Shown here: positions 28,912-39,440 of the stretch, piece by piece
How the letters are laid out: every line of letters begins with the position of its first letter
How positions within the stretch are numbered: the stretch's first letter is position 1
DNA from: an uncultured Chlamydiae bacterium
Lineage (GTDB): Bacteria; Chlamydiota; Chlamydiia; Chlamydiales; JAJFMB01
Assembly: GCA_963696295.1 (NCBI GenBank)
Contig: CAVOJR010000001.1
Location: 1,696,001 to 1,760,000, forward strand
Direction: 5' to 3'
Length of the DNA: 64,000 bases
Translations under genes and position numbers: made by a program
The notes under the pieces: model-generated
Databases searched by the model: none
What the model was told of the DNA's origin: nothing
What the model saw: the letters and a program-made list of their open reading frames with translations, nothing else

Positions 28912-29981
28912 AAAGGCAGCAAAAGAAAACCGTGATTTGCCCCTTGATATTTTCCCCGGCCGATGATCGCGCCCAGATCATTGATATCTGCCAGAAAATC
29001 CAAGGACTCCCAGGTATGACCCTGATCATCCACGAGGTTTGTTATCGTGGAAAGGTCGAGAAGGGCACCATTATCCCAAATGGCCGGTTTATCTTTTTTA
29101 TCTCCGGACAAAAATTTGCCGACGATCTGTCCATGGTTGTTCAGAGCTTTGGGCACAAAATTGTCTATGGACACCAAGTCTGCCGAGGGGTCGAAAAGAA
29201 ATCCTTGCGTGTCATTTTTGAGCGTGTTGAAATAAATGCCCGTCACTTGTCCCTGGTCGTTTATATCTGTGCCGAAAGATTCGGAGGGAAAAGGAAGTAG
29301 GCGGGCCGTATTCTCTGTCAAATCGTAAATCGCGGCGGCGAGCTTTTTCCTTTTCTTGAATCGGGTTGTTATTTCCCCATCGAAGAATACACCTAGAATT
29401 TGTGATTGGTTATTGATTTTGAGGCCGGCGCTAAATTGGGGGTTTTCAATCATTTTGAAAACGCCCTGGTCATAAATCCACACCTTGTGAGAGGTTTCTC
29501 CAAGTGATGGCTTTTCGCCTGTTTGAAGTAACTCCTGGTTCATGATCAGGACCTGTTGATGATCATTGGCATCCCAAGCGACACATCTTTTTAAGATATT
29601 GAAAGGAGCCGATTTTTGTGAAGCCGGGTACCCCAAGCTTTTTGCGTTAGAGGGGGGCGCCCATTTAAACACAATTTCCTGATCAATTTCCCACATGCCG
29701 TCGACAACTCGGGTCAGCATGCTGCCGAAAATTTGCCCCTGGTTATTGATGACCGGGTTGCTCAAGGTGCGGGCTTGCAGGGGGGTTAACTTGTGCGTGT
29801 CCCAAACAAAAAGGTGTCTTTTTTCATTTGCCGTATATAATCCGCAAACCTGCCCCTGGTTGTTGATGCTGGTAGCGTCGCTTTCCTTATAATTCAGCAA
29901 TCCCAAGTCGATCAATTGGTATTGGGCGGCTTCAAGGCTGAAGAACAAAGCAAAAATGAGTGTTAAGGTAAATTTTTTCAT
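28908..29981 (-). CDS. Secreted HAF-repeat (beta-propeller-like) protein
   Basis: Signal peptide; repeated INNxGQxxG units; terminal HGFLL. Confidence 0.8.
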   Translation of the reverse strand: MKKFTLTLIFALFFSLEAAQYQLIDLGLLNYKESDATSINNQGQVCGLYTANEKRHLFVWDTHKLTPLQARTLSNPVINNQGQIFGSMLTRVVDGMWEIDQEIVFKWAPPSNAKSLGYPASQKSAPFNILKRCVAWDANDHQQVLIMNQELLQTGEKPSLGETSHKVWIYDQGVFKMIENPQFSAGLKINNQSQILGVFFDGEITTRFKKRKKLAAAIYDLTENTARLLPFPSESFGTDINDQGQVTGIYFNTLKNDTQGFLFDPSADLVSIDNFVPKALNNHGQIVGKFLSGDKKDKPAIWDNGALLDLSTITNLVDDQGHTWESLDFLADINDLGAIIGRGKYQGANHGFLLLPL

Positions 29982-30007
29982 AACAGGCCTCTTCTAAAAT
30001 GTGGAAT

Positions 30008-30036
30008 ATTTTAACAAAGAGGAACCCTTTGGTCAA
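30008..30036 (-). promoter_or_regulatory. Sigma70(sigma66)-type promoter for the HAF-repeat gene and rnhA
   Basis: Minus strand TTGACC-N17-TAAAAT, just upstream of the start at 29981. Confidence 0.6.
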
Positions 30037-30082
30037 TAGTTAAGTCATTGCTATTAAAACCGCCTCTTGGCATTCTGAAAGT

Positions 30083-30574
30083 ATGATCGAAAGATATTTT
30101 GAAGAGAAATACATCCATCGCATTTTTGTGATCTTCCTCATACTCAAGGGTATTCTTGCCTTGATAGAGGTGATTGGCGGCATTGTGATCTTTTTCATTC
30201 CTCAAAGCGCCATTATCGATTATGTGCAGAAGGTTTCCGCCTGCGAGTTTGTCACAGATCACAGCGGTGATTCTATCACCAATTATTTTAGTCGCTGGGC
30301 AGGGGAATTTTCCGTAAGCTCGCTGAACTTTGCCGTGTTTTATCTCTTAAGCCATGGGTTGATAAAACTCTGGTTGATTGCAGGGCTGCTCAAAAATAAG
30401 CTCTGGTATTATCCTGCCTCCATGGCCATCTTCAGCTTTTTTGCCCTCTATCAGTTTTACCGCTATACCTACACGCATTCCATCACGCTGATTTTCATCA
30501 CAATACTTGATATCCTGGTCTTGGGCCTGATCTGGCACGAATACCGATATTTGAGAAGCAGACAGAAATTATGA
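30083..30574 (+). CDS. DUF2127 family membrane protein
   Basis: LKGILALIEVIGG, YLLSHGLIKL and LIWHEYR motifs. Confidence 0.85.
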   Translation: MIERYFEEKYIHRIFVIFLILKGILALIEVIGGIVIFFIPQSAIIDYVQKVSACEFVTDHSGDSITNYFSRWAGEFSVSSLNFAVFYLLSHGLIKLWLIAGLLKNKLWYYPASMAIFSFFALYQFYRYTYTHSITLIFITILDILVLGLIWHEYRYLRSRQKL

Positions 30575-31414
30575 TGTTTTTTTAATCAAGAAGAGAATGC
30601 GCGCCAGCGTATCGAGGTAGATAGCCGTGCGGGATTCCGCTGTTTCTGCCGCCAAAAGATCTAATTCGAACTCCGGCAACACCCCGTTTGCAACCAGGAA
30701 TTGATATATGCCATAGGGCTGGGAGCTGGTTAATAAGACAGGGTATTGAGGCGGCGCGGGGTGAAGGGCTTTCCAGGCGATGAGTGTATCTTCAGTAGTA
30801 GCCCGGGCTGCGCCCTCTTTTTTTGGAGCTTTTATGATCTCTAGCTGAAAGGTCAGATTAGGGTGGATCCGGCGAAATTCGGCGACCCTTTTATTGGCGA
30901 TGAACTCCATCATCTCCCTTTCATCATTAGCGGCACATCCCATCTTTTCAAGCGCTTCGATTTCATCTTTATCCAGCGTGCGCTCACCCGAAAGAATGGA
31001 GAGAATGTCAGCCCTGATGCTGCCCTTGGCTATCCTTTCTAATAAGCTGTTCAATCGTTTTTCAAAGACGGCCAGCTTGGAGCCGAACACTAAAGCAAAG
31101 GAGATGCGCGCATATTTCGGTTCAATGGTTTTTTTTAATTGCAAATCGGCAGCATATTGAAGCATGAGGGGCTGGATCGCCTTAAACTCTGGCGAATCGA
31201 CCGTTAAAGCCCGCTCGCCGGTGCGCAGCCACTCTTTTTGGGTGATCTCGACTATCTGATCAAGCGGCAGGGTTTCGGGAATATGAGTTAATCGAAGAAC
31301 CTTGGCCAGAGTTTCGGACGGCTTTTGCGCAACCCAAAAGATGGCGATGGGGGAATATATCTCCTTGCGGGAGTAGTACTGTTCCATCACAATCGTGGGT
31401 TGAGATATAGGCAT
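30569..31414 (-). CDS. Hypothetical protein, possibly YdcF/DUF218-like fold
   Basis: 281-aa ORF with LSGER, TTEDT, SSQPY and LDTLAR motifs. The family is uncertain. Confidence 0.55.
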   Translation of the reverse strand: MPISQPTIVMEQYYSRKEIYSPIAIFWVAQKPSETLAKVLRLTHIPETLPLDQIVEITQKEWLRTGERALTVDSPEFKAIQPLMLQYAADLQLKKTIEPKYARISFALVFGSKLAVFEKRLNSLLERIAKGSIRADILSILSGERTLDKDEIEALEKMGCAANDEREMMEFIANKRVAEFRRIHPNLTFQLEIIKAPKKEGAARATTEDTLIAWKALHPAPPQYPVLLTSSQPYGIYQFLVANGVLPEFELDLLAAETAESRTAIYLDTLARILFLIKKTS

Positions 31415-31446
31415 GGGGCAATTTTAGAGAAGCTGGGCATTTATTT

Positions 31447-33276
31447 TCAAACTTTATAAATATTGACGTCTTCTTTAAGGTGTTGGGCAATCTCAGCCAA
31501 TTGATGGATGAATGCGGTCGATTCATTGACTCCGCCCGCCAGGGTGGCTGTGGCCTGATTGATTTCTTTCATGCTTTCGACGATCTGTTCGATGCCGACG
31601 GCCTCTTGACGGATGGCCGCTTCAATCTGCTGGCTTGAGATAGAGGTTTCATCAATCATTTTGCTCAATGTTTGTATCACATCGCCTGTCTTCTCAACCA
31701 GTCTGGTGCCTGAATTGAGGGTCTTCGTGCCTTCTTCTGTCACTTCCACGGCCTTTTCTGTGGTGAAGCGGATATCTTCGAGGATTTTTTGCACCTGATC
31801 GGTCGATTGCTCCGATTGTTCCGCGAGGTTTCTGACTTCGGTCGCGACAGCCGCAAACCCCTTGCCCGCTTCTCCAGCTTTAGAGGCTTCAATCGCCGCA
31901 TTTAGCGCCAGCATTTTGAGCTGCTGGGCGAGGGTGTTCACGACGGCGGTGATTTCCCCGATCTGCTGGGTGTGATTGCTCAAATCGAAGATGGTTTGCT
32001 GGATTGTTTTCACCTTCTCTTCTGATACTTTCATCCCTTCAATACTTTCCCGCACCAGATCGGCGCCGAGTTTTCCCTGTTCCCGCGTGCTTCGCGCCGA
32101 TTCGCGCAAGGCTTGGGCTTTGGCCATGATCTGTTTAGAGCTTTTATCGATTTCTTCCAAAGAGGCGCTGATTTCATTAATGGCCGAAGCCGATGAGGTG
32201 ATGCTTTGAGACTCTTCATTGGCCGATGCTTTGATTTTATCGATCATGGTGATGAGATTGCCGCTGACCTCAGTAATATTTTTAGTGATGTTGGCCAAAC
32301 TATTTGTCATGGCATTCAAATCGCTTCCCAAATCCTGCATGACATCATTTTCCCCGATGACCAGGCGCTCCCGCAAATCTCCCGCGGCTACCTTGCTGCT
32401 CTGGTTGCGGAACTTCTTTGACGACTCCACCATGCGGTCAAATAATTGACGGGTTTCATTGCCGCTTTGCCGCATTTTTTCTTCATCATCCTTAATCGAA
32501 TTTTGCATGATTTTCAGCGAAGCCAATAATTTACCCGTTTCATCCTTTGAGGTTGTTTCGATATTTAAGTTGCGTTCTCCTTCTGAAATTTTTTTAGCAA
32601 TGTCGATCGCCTTATTCAGAGGCCCTAAAATCGAGCGCGCCGTGATAAGCGGCACGGCTAAGGATAAAAGGAGTACCAGGGCGAGGAGTCCATAGGCGAG
32701 ATTGTGCAGAACGTTGACAGCGTGATTGAGAGCTTCAGTGCTCTCACTGATTCTTTTGGCTTTAAGATTATAGATCCCTCCATCTCTTTCCCCGGTGATT
32801 TTCGATTTGGGACCATCAAAGATATCGAGCATTTCTTCGTCCATCGGCCTAATTTTCACCAGTTCCTGGACTATATTGGCCAAATTACTGGTTTGCCAGG
32901 GCATATTGAGTATTTCCAGTTGCGCACTATGAAGAGGGCCGTACAGATTTTTTGCCCGGGCCCAAAGTTGCAGCATCTCTTTGTCCTGGGAGCCGCTCAG
33001 GATCGTATCCATCGTTTGGATCGTATTTTTAATGGATTCCCACTTTTGGGCAAAGCGGGTCTTGGCTTCCGGATCTCCCGTCAGGGCCCAGTAATCGACT
33101 ATTTCCCGGCTTTCCAAAATTTCTGTGTCTAATATGCTCGGTATGTTGACTTGATTTATTTTTTGGTTAAGCTGTGTAATTTTATGGGTGTTTATCAAAA
33201 AAAAGATCATCATAATGAGCAAGGGGAGGCAAAGGGTCATGAAACCCAGAAATAACCGCCCGCGGATTGTTACCAT
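31447..33276 (-). CDS. Methyl-accepting chemotaxis protein (2 TM, HAMP, signalling domain)
   Basis: MLALNAAIEASKAGEAGKGFAAVATEVRNLAEQS hairpin tip; HAMP motif DETGKL. Confidence 0.93.
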   Translation of the reverse strand: MVTIRGRLFLGFMTLCLPLLIMMIFFLINTHKITQLNQKINQVNIPSILDTEILESREIVDYWALTGDPEAKTRFAQKWESIKNTIQTMDTILSGSQDKEMLQLWARAKNLYGPLHSAQLEILNMPWQTSNLANIVQELVKIRPMDEEMLDIFDGPKSKITGERDGGIYNLKAKRISESTEALNHAVNVLHNLAYGLLALVLLLSLAVPLITARSILGPLNKAIDIAKKISEGERNLNIETTSKDETGKLLASLKIMQNSIKDDEEKMRQSGNETRQLFDRMVESSKKFRNQSSKVAAGDLRERLVIGENDVMQDLGSDLNAMTNSLANITKNITEVSGNLITMIDKIKASANEESQSITSSASAINEISASLEEIDKSSKQIMAKAQALRESARSTREQGKLGADLVRESIEGMKVSEEKVKTIQQTIFDLSNHTQQIGEITAVVNTLAQQLKMLALNAAIEASKAGEAGKGFAAVATEVRNLAEQSEQSTDQVQKILEDIRFTTEKAVEVTEEGTKTLNSGTRLVEKTGDVIQTLSKMIDETSISSQQIEAAIRQEAVGIEQIVESMKEINQATATLAGGVNESTAFIHQLAEIAQHLKEDVNIYKV

Positions 33277-33291
33277 AAAAAAACTCCTAGT

Positions 33292-34722
33292 TTAAAATGC
33301 GCGAAGAACCGGATGCCTCGCTGCGCGAGCTTCGTCCAGCCGGCTGACCGGTAGGGTGTGGGGCGCTGTTTTTACAATTTCAGGATCGCGCTGAATCTCT
33401 TCGATGATTTGGCCTAATATGTCGACAAAACGGTCCAGGGTGGCTTTCGATTCCGACTCGGTCGGCTCGATCAGCATGCACTCCTTGACAATCAGCGGAA
33501 AGTAGATCGTCGGGGCGTGTACGCCGAAGTCGAGCAGCCTTTTGGCGATATCCAGGGCTTTTACCCCCTTATCCAGGTAGTTGTCTGCCTGAATCACAAA
33601 CTCGTGCATGCAGTGCTGGTGATAGGGAACAGTGAAAAATTGGGAGAGCTTTTCTTTAAGATAGTTTGCGTTGAGGACCGAAATTTCGGCTATGCGTCGC
33701 AATCCGAAATGCCCATGCAGTTTGATGTAGAGGTAGGCGCGCAAATAGATGGCGAAGTTGCCGTGAAAAGAGGAGACTTGGCCGACGCTTAAATAATTGA
33801 GCCAAATAACTTTGTAGTTTTCTCCCTCTTTTTCAATGCCGGGGGTCGGCAGAAAAGGCTTGAGAATCTCCTTGCAAAGCACCGGGCCCGAGCCGGGTCC
33901 CCCTCCTCCGTGAGGCGTGGAAAAGGTTTTATGGAGATTGAGATGCATCACATCGAATCCCATATCCCCGGGCCGCACGATATTGAGGATGGGATTCAGG
34001 TTAGCGCCATCGTAGTAGAGCAGGCCGCCCGCGGCATGCACAATATCGGCTACGGTTGTGATGAGAGGGCTGAAAAGGCCAAGAGTATTAGGGTTGGTGA
34101 GCATCAATCCAGCGGTACGGTCGGAGAGCTGGGAGCGGAGGTGATCCAAATCCATGTCGCCCAAGGCATTGGAGCGGATAGGAATAACCGTGAAGCCGGC
34201 CATGGCGGCGCTGGCTGGGTTTGTGCCGTGGGCATTATCGGGGATTAAGATTTCGGTTCGTTTAAAATCTTGCCGCTGCTTGTGGTAGGCGTCGATCAGG
34301 CGGAGGCCGACAAACTCCCCTTGCGCGCCCGCATTGGGGGTTAGAGTGCCCGCATCCATGCCTGTGAGGTGGCAGAGGGTGTGGATCAATTCGTAAATGA
34401 GGGCGAGGTTGCCCTGCACGGTTTCTTCCGGAGCGAAGGGATGAGTGCGGGTAAAGCCGGGAAGTGTGGCGCACCACTCATTGACCCGCGGATTGAGTTT
34501 CATGGTGCAGCTGCCAAGGGGGTAGAAGTTTGTGTCGATGCACATGTTTTTTTGGGAAAGTCTGGTGAAATGGCGGGTCAGATCGATTTCGGAAACTTCG
34601 GGTAAAAGAAGCGGGTCTTCGCGAAGCAGCTGCGCCGGAGGATAATAATCGAGAAATTCGGGAGCTTCATGCGGCAGGCTGCAGGCGTGCTGCCCTTTTT
34701 GCGACTGATCAAATATGCTCAT
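33292..34722 (-). CDS. gcvPB: Glycine dehydrogenase subunit 2
   Basis: YPLGSCTMK and HLNLHKTFSTPHGGGGPG (PLP Lys) motifs. Confidence 0.97.
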   Translation of the reverse strand: MSIFDQSQKGQHACSLPHEAPEFLDYYPPAQLLREDPLLLPEVSEIDLTRHFTRLSQKNMCIDTNFYPLGSCTMKLNPRVNEWCATLPGFTRTHPFAPEETVQGNLALIYELIHTLCHLTGMDAGTLTPNAGAQGEFVGLRLIDAYHKQRQDFKRTEILIPDNAHGTNPASAAMAGFTVIPIRSNALGDMDLDHLRSQLSDRTAGLMLTNPNTLGLFSPLITTVADIVHAAGGLLYYDGANLNPILNIVRPGDMGFDVMHLNLHKTFSTPHGGGGPGSGPVLCKEILKPFLPTPGIEKEGENYKVIWLNYLSVGQVSSFHGNFAIYLRAYLYIKLHGHFGLRRIAEISVLNANYLKEKLSQFFTVPYHQHCMHEFVIQADNYLDKGVKALDIAKRLLDFGVHAPTIYFPLIVKECMLIEPTESESKATLDRFVDILGQIIEEIQRDPEIVKTAPHTLPVSRLDEARAARHPVLRAF

Positions 34723-36034
34723 GCACCACCTTTACAAATTCATCCAGCTGGGATTGGCTCTTGGTCTCCGTTACGGCGATGAGGAACCGGTTTTGCCAGT
34801 AAGGAAAAAAGCGTCCAAGATCGAGGCCGGGTTCAATTTGGAGAGTGCGGAATTTTTGCTGCAGCGTGTGGATGGGGCAGGGGAGGCGGATCGCGAATTC
34901 ATTGAAAAAGGGAGCGGAGGAGAGGGACAATCCGAGGCGGTCTTTGAGGTAGGCCGCCCTCTGATAGTTTGTGAGAGCCAGTTTTCGAATCCCCTCCTTG
35001 CCATACCAGAGCATGGCGATGAGGCTTGCCAGGGCTGCCAAGGCCTGATTGGTGCAAATATTCGAGGTGGCTTTTTCGCGGCGGATGTGCTGTTCGCGAG
35101 CTTGCAAGGTCAAGACAAACCCTTTTCTTCCTTGCGAATCAACGGTTTCCCCGACAATCCGGCCCGGCAGCTGCCTCACGAGCTCCAGACGGCACGCGAT
35201 ATAGCCGACATAGGGTCCGCCGTATTGCAGGGGCAGGCCAAAGGGCTGGCAGTCGCCTACGGCAATGTCGGCGCCGATTTCGCGGGCAGAGGCGTAAAGA
35301 CCGTATACTAAAGGGTTTGCACAAATAATCGTGAGAGCTTCATGTTTTTTGGCTGCTTGACTGACCGGCTTGATCTCATCGATGAGGCCAAAAAAGTTGG
35401 GGTATTGCAGCAAAATGGCGACCGTCTCATCGTTGATAAGCGAGAGCGTCCCTGGGAGATCGAGAGATCCGTCATCAAGAAATGGCGCTTCGACGATCTC
35501 CACCTCCTGATTCGCCAGGTACTGGTCTACCACCTGCCGGTAGTGGGGATGGAGCGATTTGCCGATGATGATCCGCTTTTTCTTTTTGTTGATGCGAAGA
35601 GCCATGAGGAGGGCTTCGGCGCAGGCGGAGGATCCGTCATAAAGTGAAGCGTTGGCGGCGTCAAGTCCAGTTAGGGCGCAGATAGCCGACTGAAATTCGA
35701 AAATGGTTTGCAGCAGGCCCTGAGAGGCTTCCGGTTGATAGGGGGTATAGGCAGTCAGAAACTCGGAGCGGCTGCAGATGGCGCTGACAAGGGCCGGTAC
35801 ATGATGTTCATAGGCTCCAGCGCCGAGATAATTCGTGAAATTGGGGAAGGTGTTTTTCTGAGCCAGGCTTTCCATATGGCGCATCCCTTCAAATTCGGAT
35901 AAGCCATCATTTTGGGTGGGTTTTGGCAAAAAAAGATGCCTCGGAACTGCGTGGAAAAGCTCTTCGATGGAGCCCGTTCCGATTACTTTCAGCATCTCTT
36001 CAATTTGCGGTGTCTGGTTTGAAATAAAATCCAC
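34709..36034 (-). CDS. gcvPA: Glycine dehydrogenase subunit 1
   Basis: TAYTPYQPEASQG, NASLYDG and REQHIRREKATSNICTNQ motifs. Confidence 0.97.
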   Translation of the reverse strand: MDFISNQTPQIEEMLKVIGTGSIEELFHAVPRHLFLPKPTQNDGLSEFEGMRHMESLAQKNTFPNFTNYLGAGAYEHHVPALVSAICSRSEFLTAYTPYQPEASQGLLQTIFEFQSAICALTGLDAANASLYDGSSACAEALLMALRINKKKKRIIIGKSLHPHYRQVVDQYLANQEVEIVEAPFLDDGSLDLPGTLSLINDETVAILLQYPNFFGLIDEIKPVSQAAKKHEALTIICANPLVYGLYASAREIGADIAVGDCQPFGLPLQYGGPYVGYIACRLELVRQLPGRIVGETVDSQGRKGFVLTLQAREQHIRREKATSNICTNQALAALASLIAMLWYGKEGIRKLALTNYQRAAYLKDRLGLSLSSAPFFNEFAIRLPCPIHTLQQKFRTLQIEPGLDLGRFFPYWQNRFLIAVTETKSQSQLDEFVKVVHEHI

Positions 36035-36390
36035 TATAGCATCGCCTTGTAATCATCTTCATCCATGAGGTCTTCCAGCTCATCCGGATCGACCAACTTG
36101 ATTTTGTAGAGCCATCCCTTTTTCATCGGAGACTGGTTGACCAGTTCAGAATTCAGGTTTAATTGTTCATTGACGGCAACTATGACTCCCGAAACAGGGG
36201 AATAGATATCAGCCGCCGCTTTGGTGGACTCCAGGATGACAGCTTCTTCTCCGGCATCAACGGTTTTACCCACTTCGGGCAGTTCGACATAGACAATTTC
36301 GCCCAGTTCATTTTGGGCATAATCTGTAACGCCCACGGTACCGATCTCTCCATCGACGTCGATCCATTCATGTGTTTCAGAATATTTCAT
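36034..36390 (-). CDS. gcvH: Glycine cleavage system H protein
   Basis: HEWI, GEIVYVELP and ESTKAA (lipoyl Lys). Start MKYSETHEW follows GGAG. Confidence 0.95.
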   Translation of the reverse strand: MKYSETHEWIDVDGEIGTVGVTDYAQNELGEIVYVELPEVGKTVDAGEEAVILESTKAAADIYSPVSGVIVAVNEQLNLNSELVNQSPMKKGWLYKIKLVDPDELEDLMDEDDYKAML

Positions 36391-36447
36391 AGACAGCTCC
36401 TTTTTTTTGATCATAAACATCAAGGCTAACTCTTGCAATTTCTTTTT

Positions 36448-37029
36448 TTAAACGAGGTCGCAAGCTTCGGGAGGCATCCAGCGGGCATCTTTCCCTTCCC
36501 ACTTGACATTGCAGCCGATGGGATTAGTCAGGGGCTCTGAAATTGTTTTTCCCGCCAGATGCTCCTCCAAAGCCCTCTCAAGGTCATTCACCTTCATTTT
36601 CGAGGTGTCTCTCGGAGAATCGACGCCGCGCCCTGTGTAAATCAGATGGCGGTTTTTATCAAAAATAAAGAAGTGGGGCGTGCGCAGGGCTCCATAAGCT
36701 CTGGCAATGTCTTGGGATTGATCATACAAATAGACCCAAGGGAACTTCTTTTCGTTCATTCTTTCAACCATATGCGCAAAGGAATCCGTGGGATAAGTCT
36801 TTTCGCTATTGGAATTAATAGCAATGAAGGCGACTCCCTGCGGGAGAAATTTTTCAGCTGTTTGACGGGTCACCTCATCGGAACCTATCACATAGGGGCA
36901 ATGATTGCAGGTGAAGAAAATGACCAACGTATCGTATTTGTCAAAGTCCTTCAAGGCGTACTTCTTTCCATCGGTTGCCGGCAAATGAAACGGCGGGGCT
37001 TTATGTCCAAGCTGCAAAGTGAAAGTCAT
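36448..37029 (-). CDS. AhpC/TSA thioredoxin-family protein
   Basis: [19 protein letters not shown] and IGCNVKW motifs. Confidence 0.9.
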   Translation of the reverse strand: MTFTLQLGHKAPPFHLPATDGKKYALKDFDKYDTLVIFFTCNHCPYVIGSDEVTRQTAEKFLPQGVAFIAINSNSEKTYPTDSFAHMVERMNEKKFPWVYLYDQSQDIARAYGALRTPHFFIFDKNRHLIYTGRGVDSPRDTSKMKVNDLERALEEHLAGKTISEPLTNPIGCNVKWEGKDARWMPPEACDLV

Positions 37030-37030
37030 T

Positions 37031-37672
37031 TTATTCCTGAGATAGAATTACTTGATATCCTTGGGCTAAAATTTTCCAGCCTCTGTTTAAGAGATATTCT
37101 ATCACCAATTTCCCTTTTCCACCATAAGGCAGGTCGCAATCATCAACCATAACAATGGATTTTGAAACTAACCAGGGGTAGGCAGCAATAATTTCCTTTA
37201 AATGATGTTCCTGGGAAGGGGTTGGGTCATTAAGATCAAAATCGAAGGAATCTAAATAAAGAAAATCGATAGTTTTGTTAAAATCCTGTAAGAAAGGGAC
37301 TGAATCGCTGTGAATCAAGTTTACAAGTGGATTAAGGTCCTTTAAAGCTTCCGAAACATTTAAAAGATGTTGCGCATTGATATCCACAGAGTAAAACTCT
37401 CCGCCAAATAATTTTATCCATTCAGCAAAAATAATTGTTGAGCATCCATTGCTTGCGCATTCTCTAAGCCCATCTCTTGCTGTACCTGTTTCAACTACCA
37501 TAGAAACATTTCGATCTCTCATAAGTTGTAAAGCATAAGTAAAGGTTTTATACCGAAAATTGTCAGGATAAATTTTCCCTCGAAGAATATCTTCAGCAAA
37601 ATCACAATTTTGACAAGTGGCAAATGCAAAGGAAATATAGACTACGCTGAATAGGAATAAAACTTTAAACAT
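37031..37672 (-). CDS. Class I SAM-dependent methyltransferase (Methyltransf_24-like) with signal peptide
   Basis: [19 protein letters not shown] and VMVDD...GGKG motifs; AT-rich. Confidence 0.8.
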   Translation of the reverse strand: MFKVLFLFSVVYISFAFATCQNCDFAEDILRGKIYPDNFRYKTFTYALQLMRDRNVSMVVETGTARDGLRECASNGCSTIIFAEWIKLFGGEFYSVDINAQHLLNVSEALKDLNPLVNLIHSDSVPFLQDFNKTIDFLYLDSFDFDLNDPTPSQEHHLKEIIAAYPWLVSKSIVMVDDCDLPYGGKGKLVIEYLLNRGWKILAQGYQVILSQE

Positions 37673-37855
37673 GAGAAATCCTTTTTAAAAAATGGGTTCG
37701 ACTTCATTAGTCTACACGTAAGAATTAGCAGTTATCAAATTTCACTTCAAGAAAATTTTGGGTAGTGCACCTCTATCGTTTATCCTAGACATAAGCGCAT
37801 GTTGCCCCCGGGAAATTAAACTTTTGCCGCAAACGATCGAGTTCATTGAGAATCA

Positions 37856-38689
37856 TTATGTTTTTATTGATAACAACGAGTTAATGAAGAAAAAATCCCT
37901 ATCACAGGCGACAATAATCATGGTGATCACACATAAAATAACTGTCGCGATGCATTTCGTAAATTGCTCTGTTCTAAGGGTCATACAGGACAGATTGAGA
38001 ACTCCATGGAATAGTACAATCACGGGAATGCTGCGGCCTGTCTTGTAATAAACCCAGTTCATCAAGAAGGCAACTGCGAACGCACTCACGAAATAATTAA
38101 GCACGTAAACTTTCCCCAAATTCCAAAGTTCATTGTGATAATATCCTTTGAGAAAAAACACCGGTAGATGCCACACAGACCAAAGAAGGCCAAATAGCAT
38201 TGATGTATTAAAGAGATTGAAATTGGCCCTCAGACTGTCTACGCCGTATCCTCGCCAGCCAAGTTCTTCGATAAGCGGGGCTAAAAACAATGGAATCGCT
38301 ATGCCAAAAAAAGCCCATCCTTTCATCACGCTCATCTCTTTTGTAAGGAAGAATTGCTCGGCAGTGCAGCCGAAAAACAATGAGACCAAAGTTGCCAGGC
38401 AAATGACGCAAGGCATTAACAAAAGAATGAATAGTAAGTAGGGCGCGCTGATTTTAAAAAGCAGTAAACGGTGCCAAAAGTCCGCTATAAGTATTCCATT
38501 GCTAGTCGTATAAATCATCACCAAAGCAGTTATGCATGGCACACTTAGCCCAAAAAGAAGAAGAGGTAACTTAAATTTCTCCAATCTTTTTTGAGAGCTT
38601 ACATAAACTGCGAAAGGACAACAAGCTAATGCTAAGAATATCACAATCGAGTAAAACCACACGGGATGGTAGATAGATGAAGGCAACAT
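37856..38689 (-). CDS. CPBP/CAAX family intramembrane metalloprotease
   Basis: EELGWRGY, WSVWHLP and FHGVLN motifs. Confidence 0.92.
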   Translation of the reverse strand: MLPSSIYHPVWFYSIVIFLALACCPFAVYVSSQKRLEKFKLPLLLFGLSVPCITALVMIYTTSNGILIADFWHRLLLFKISAPYLLFILLLMPCVICLATLVSLFFGCTAEQFFLTKEMSVMKGWAFFGIAIPLFLAPLIEELGWRGYGVDSLRANFNLFNTSMLFGLLWSVWHLPVFFLKGYYHNELWNLGKVYVLNYFVSAFAVAFLMNWVYYKTGRSIPVIVLFHGVLNLSCMTLRTEQFTKCIATVILCVITMIIVACDRDFFFINSLLSIKT

Positions 38690-38691
38690 GA

Positions 38692-39315
38692 TTAATCCTT
38701 ATTTGTAAATAAATTCCTGAAGGATCCTTTAGGAGCATTTAATTGATTTTCGATCAGACATGGAATGGCTTGCACGCGGCGATGCAGGTCTTCCGGACTC
38801 CAAGGATGGCAACCTGTATCTGTGACAAATTGAATCCCGGCTAACAGAATTTCTGCACACTCCAATGGATGCTCCACGTGAAATATCCCTTCTTCACACC
38901 CTTGAGAGATCACACGGGCATACAGCGGCGCCAGCCTGATAAGAGTGACAGCCAAAAGACGCGCATGCATCCCCCTATTATCAAGTCGATGTAAACAATC
39001 CATGATGTCTATTGAAGGTGAGGCGATTCTTCCAGAGCTTATCAATACCCGCATTTTATCCAACGCGTTCCCTTTGGTTTCATCTAATGAGATCTCTACA
39101 ATGCCCACATACTCAGCCGCCATGTCTTCCACCACCGCGTCCAACAATTCTTCTTTGGATTTGAAATAATGATAGGTTGTTCCCTTAGCAATCTGCAGCT
39201 TAGTCATCACATCCTGCATGGTGGTGTTTTCGTAGCCTTGGCTGAGAAAAAGGCTTCGGCTCGCTGAAACAATCTCACGACGCCTCTCTTCTGGTTTTTT
39301 AACGATTCTGACCAT
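38692..39315 (-). CDS. TetR/AcrR family transcriptional regulator
   Basis: GYENTTMQDV...IAKGTTYHYFKSKEELL HTH. Confidence 0.95.
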   Translation of the reverse strand: MVRIVKKPEERRREIVSASRSLFLSQGYENTTMQDVMTKLQIAKGTTYHYFKSKEELLDAVVEDMAAEYVGIVEISLDETKGNALDKMRVLISSGRIASPSIDIMDCLHRLDNRGMHARLLAVTLIRLAPLYARVISQGCEEGIFHVEHPLECAEILLAGIQFVTDTGCHPWSPEDLHRRVQAIPCLIENQLNAPKGSFRNLFTNKD

Positions 39316-39338
39316 AGCACTCCTTTGGGAAAATCTGG

Positions 39339-39367
39339 ATTATACACAACGACTGACCGTCGGTCAA
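39339..39367 (-). promoter_or_regulatory. Promoter of the tetR-CPBP operon with an overlapping palindromic operator
   Basis: Minus strand TTGACC-N17-TATAAT. The palindrome TGACCG-T-CGGTCA (39354-39366) overlaps the -35 box. Confidence 0.8.
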
Positions 39368-39440
39368 TAGTTTTTGCTGTCTGCAGTTGAAAAAGATCTC
39401 TCAATTTGCCTATGATAGCTTCAAATTTTAAAAGGCTGTC

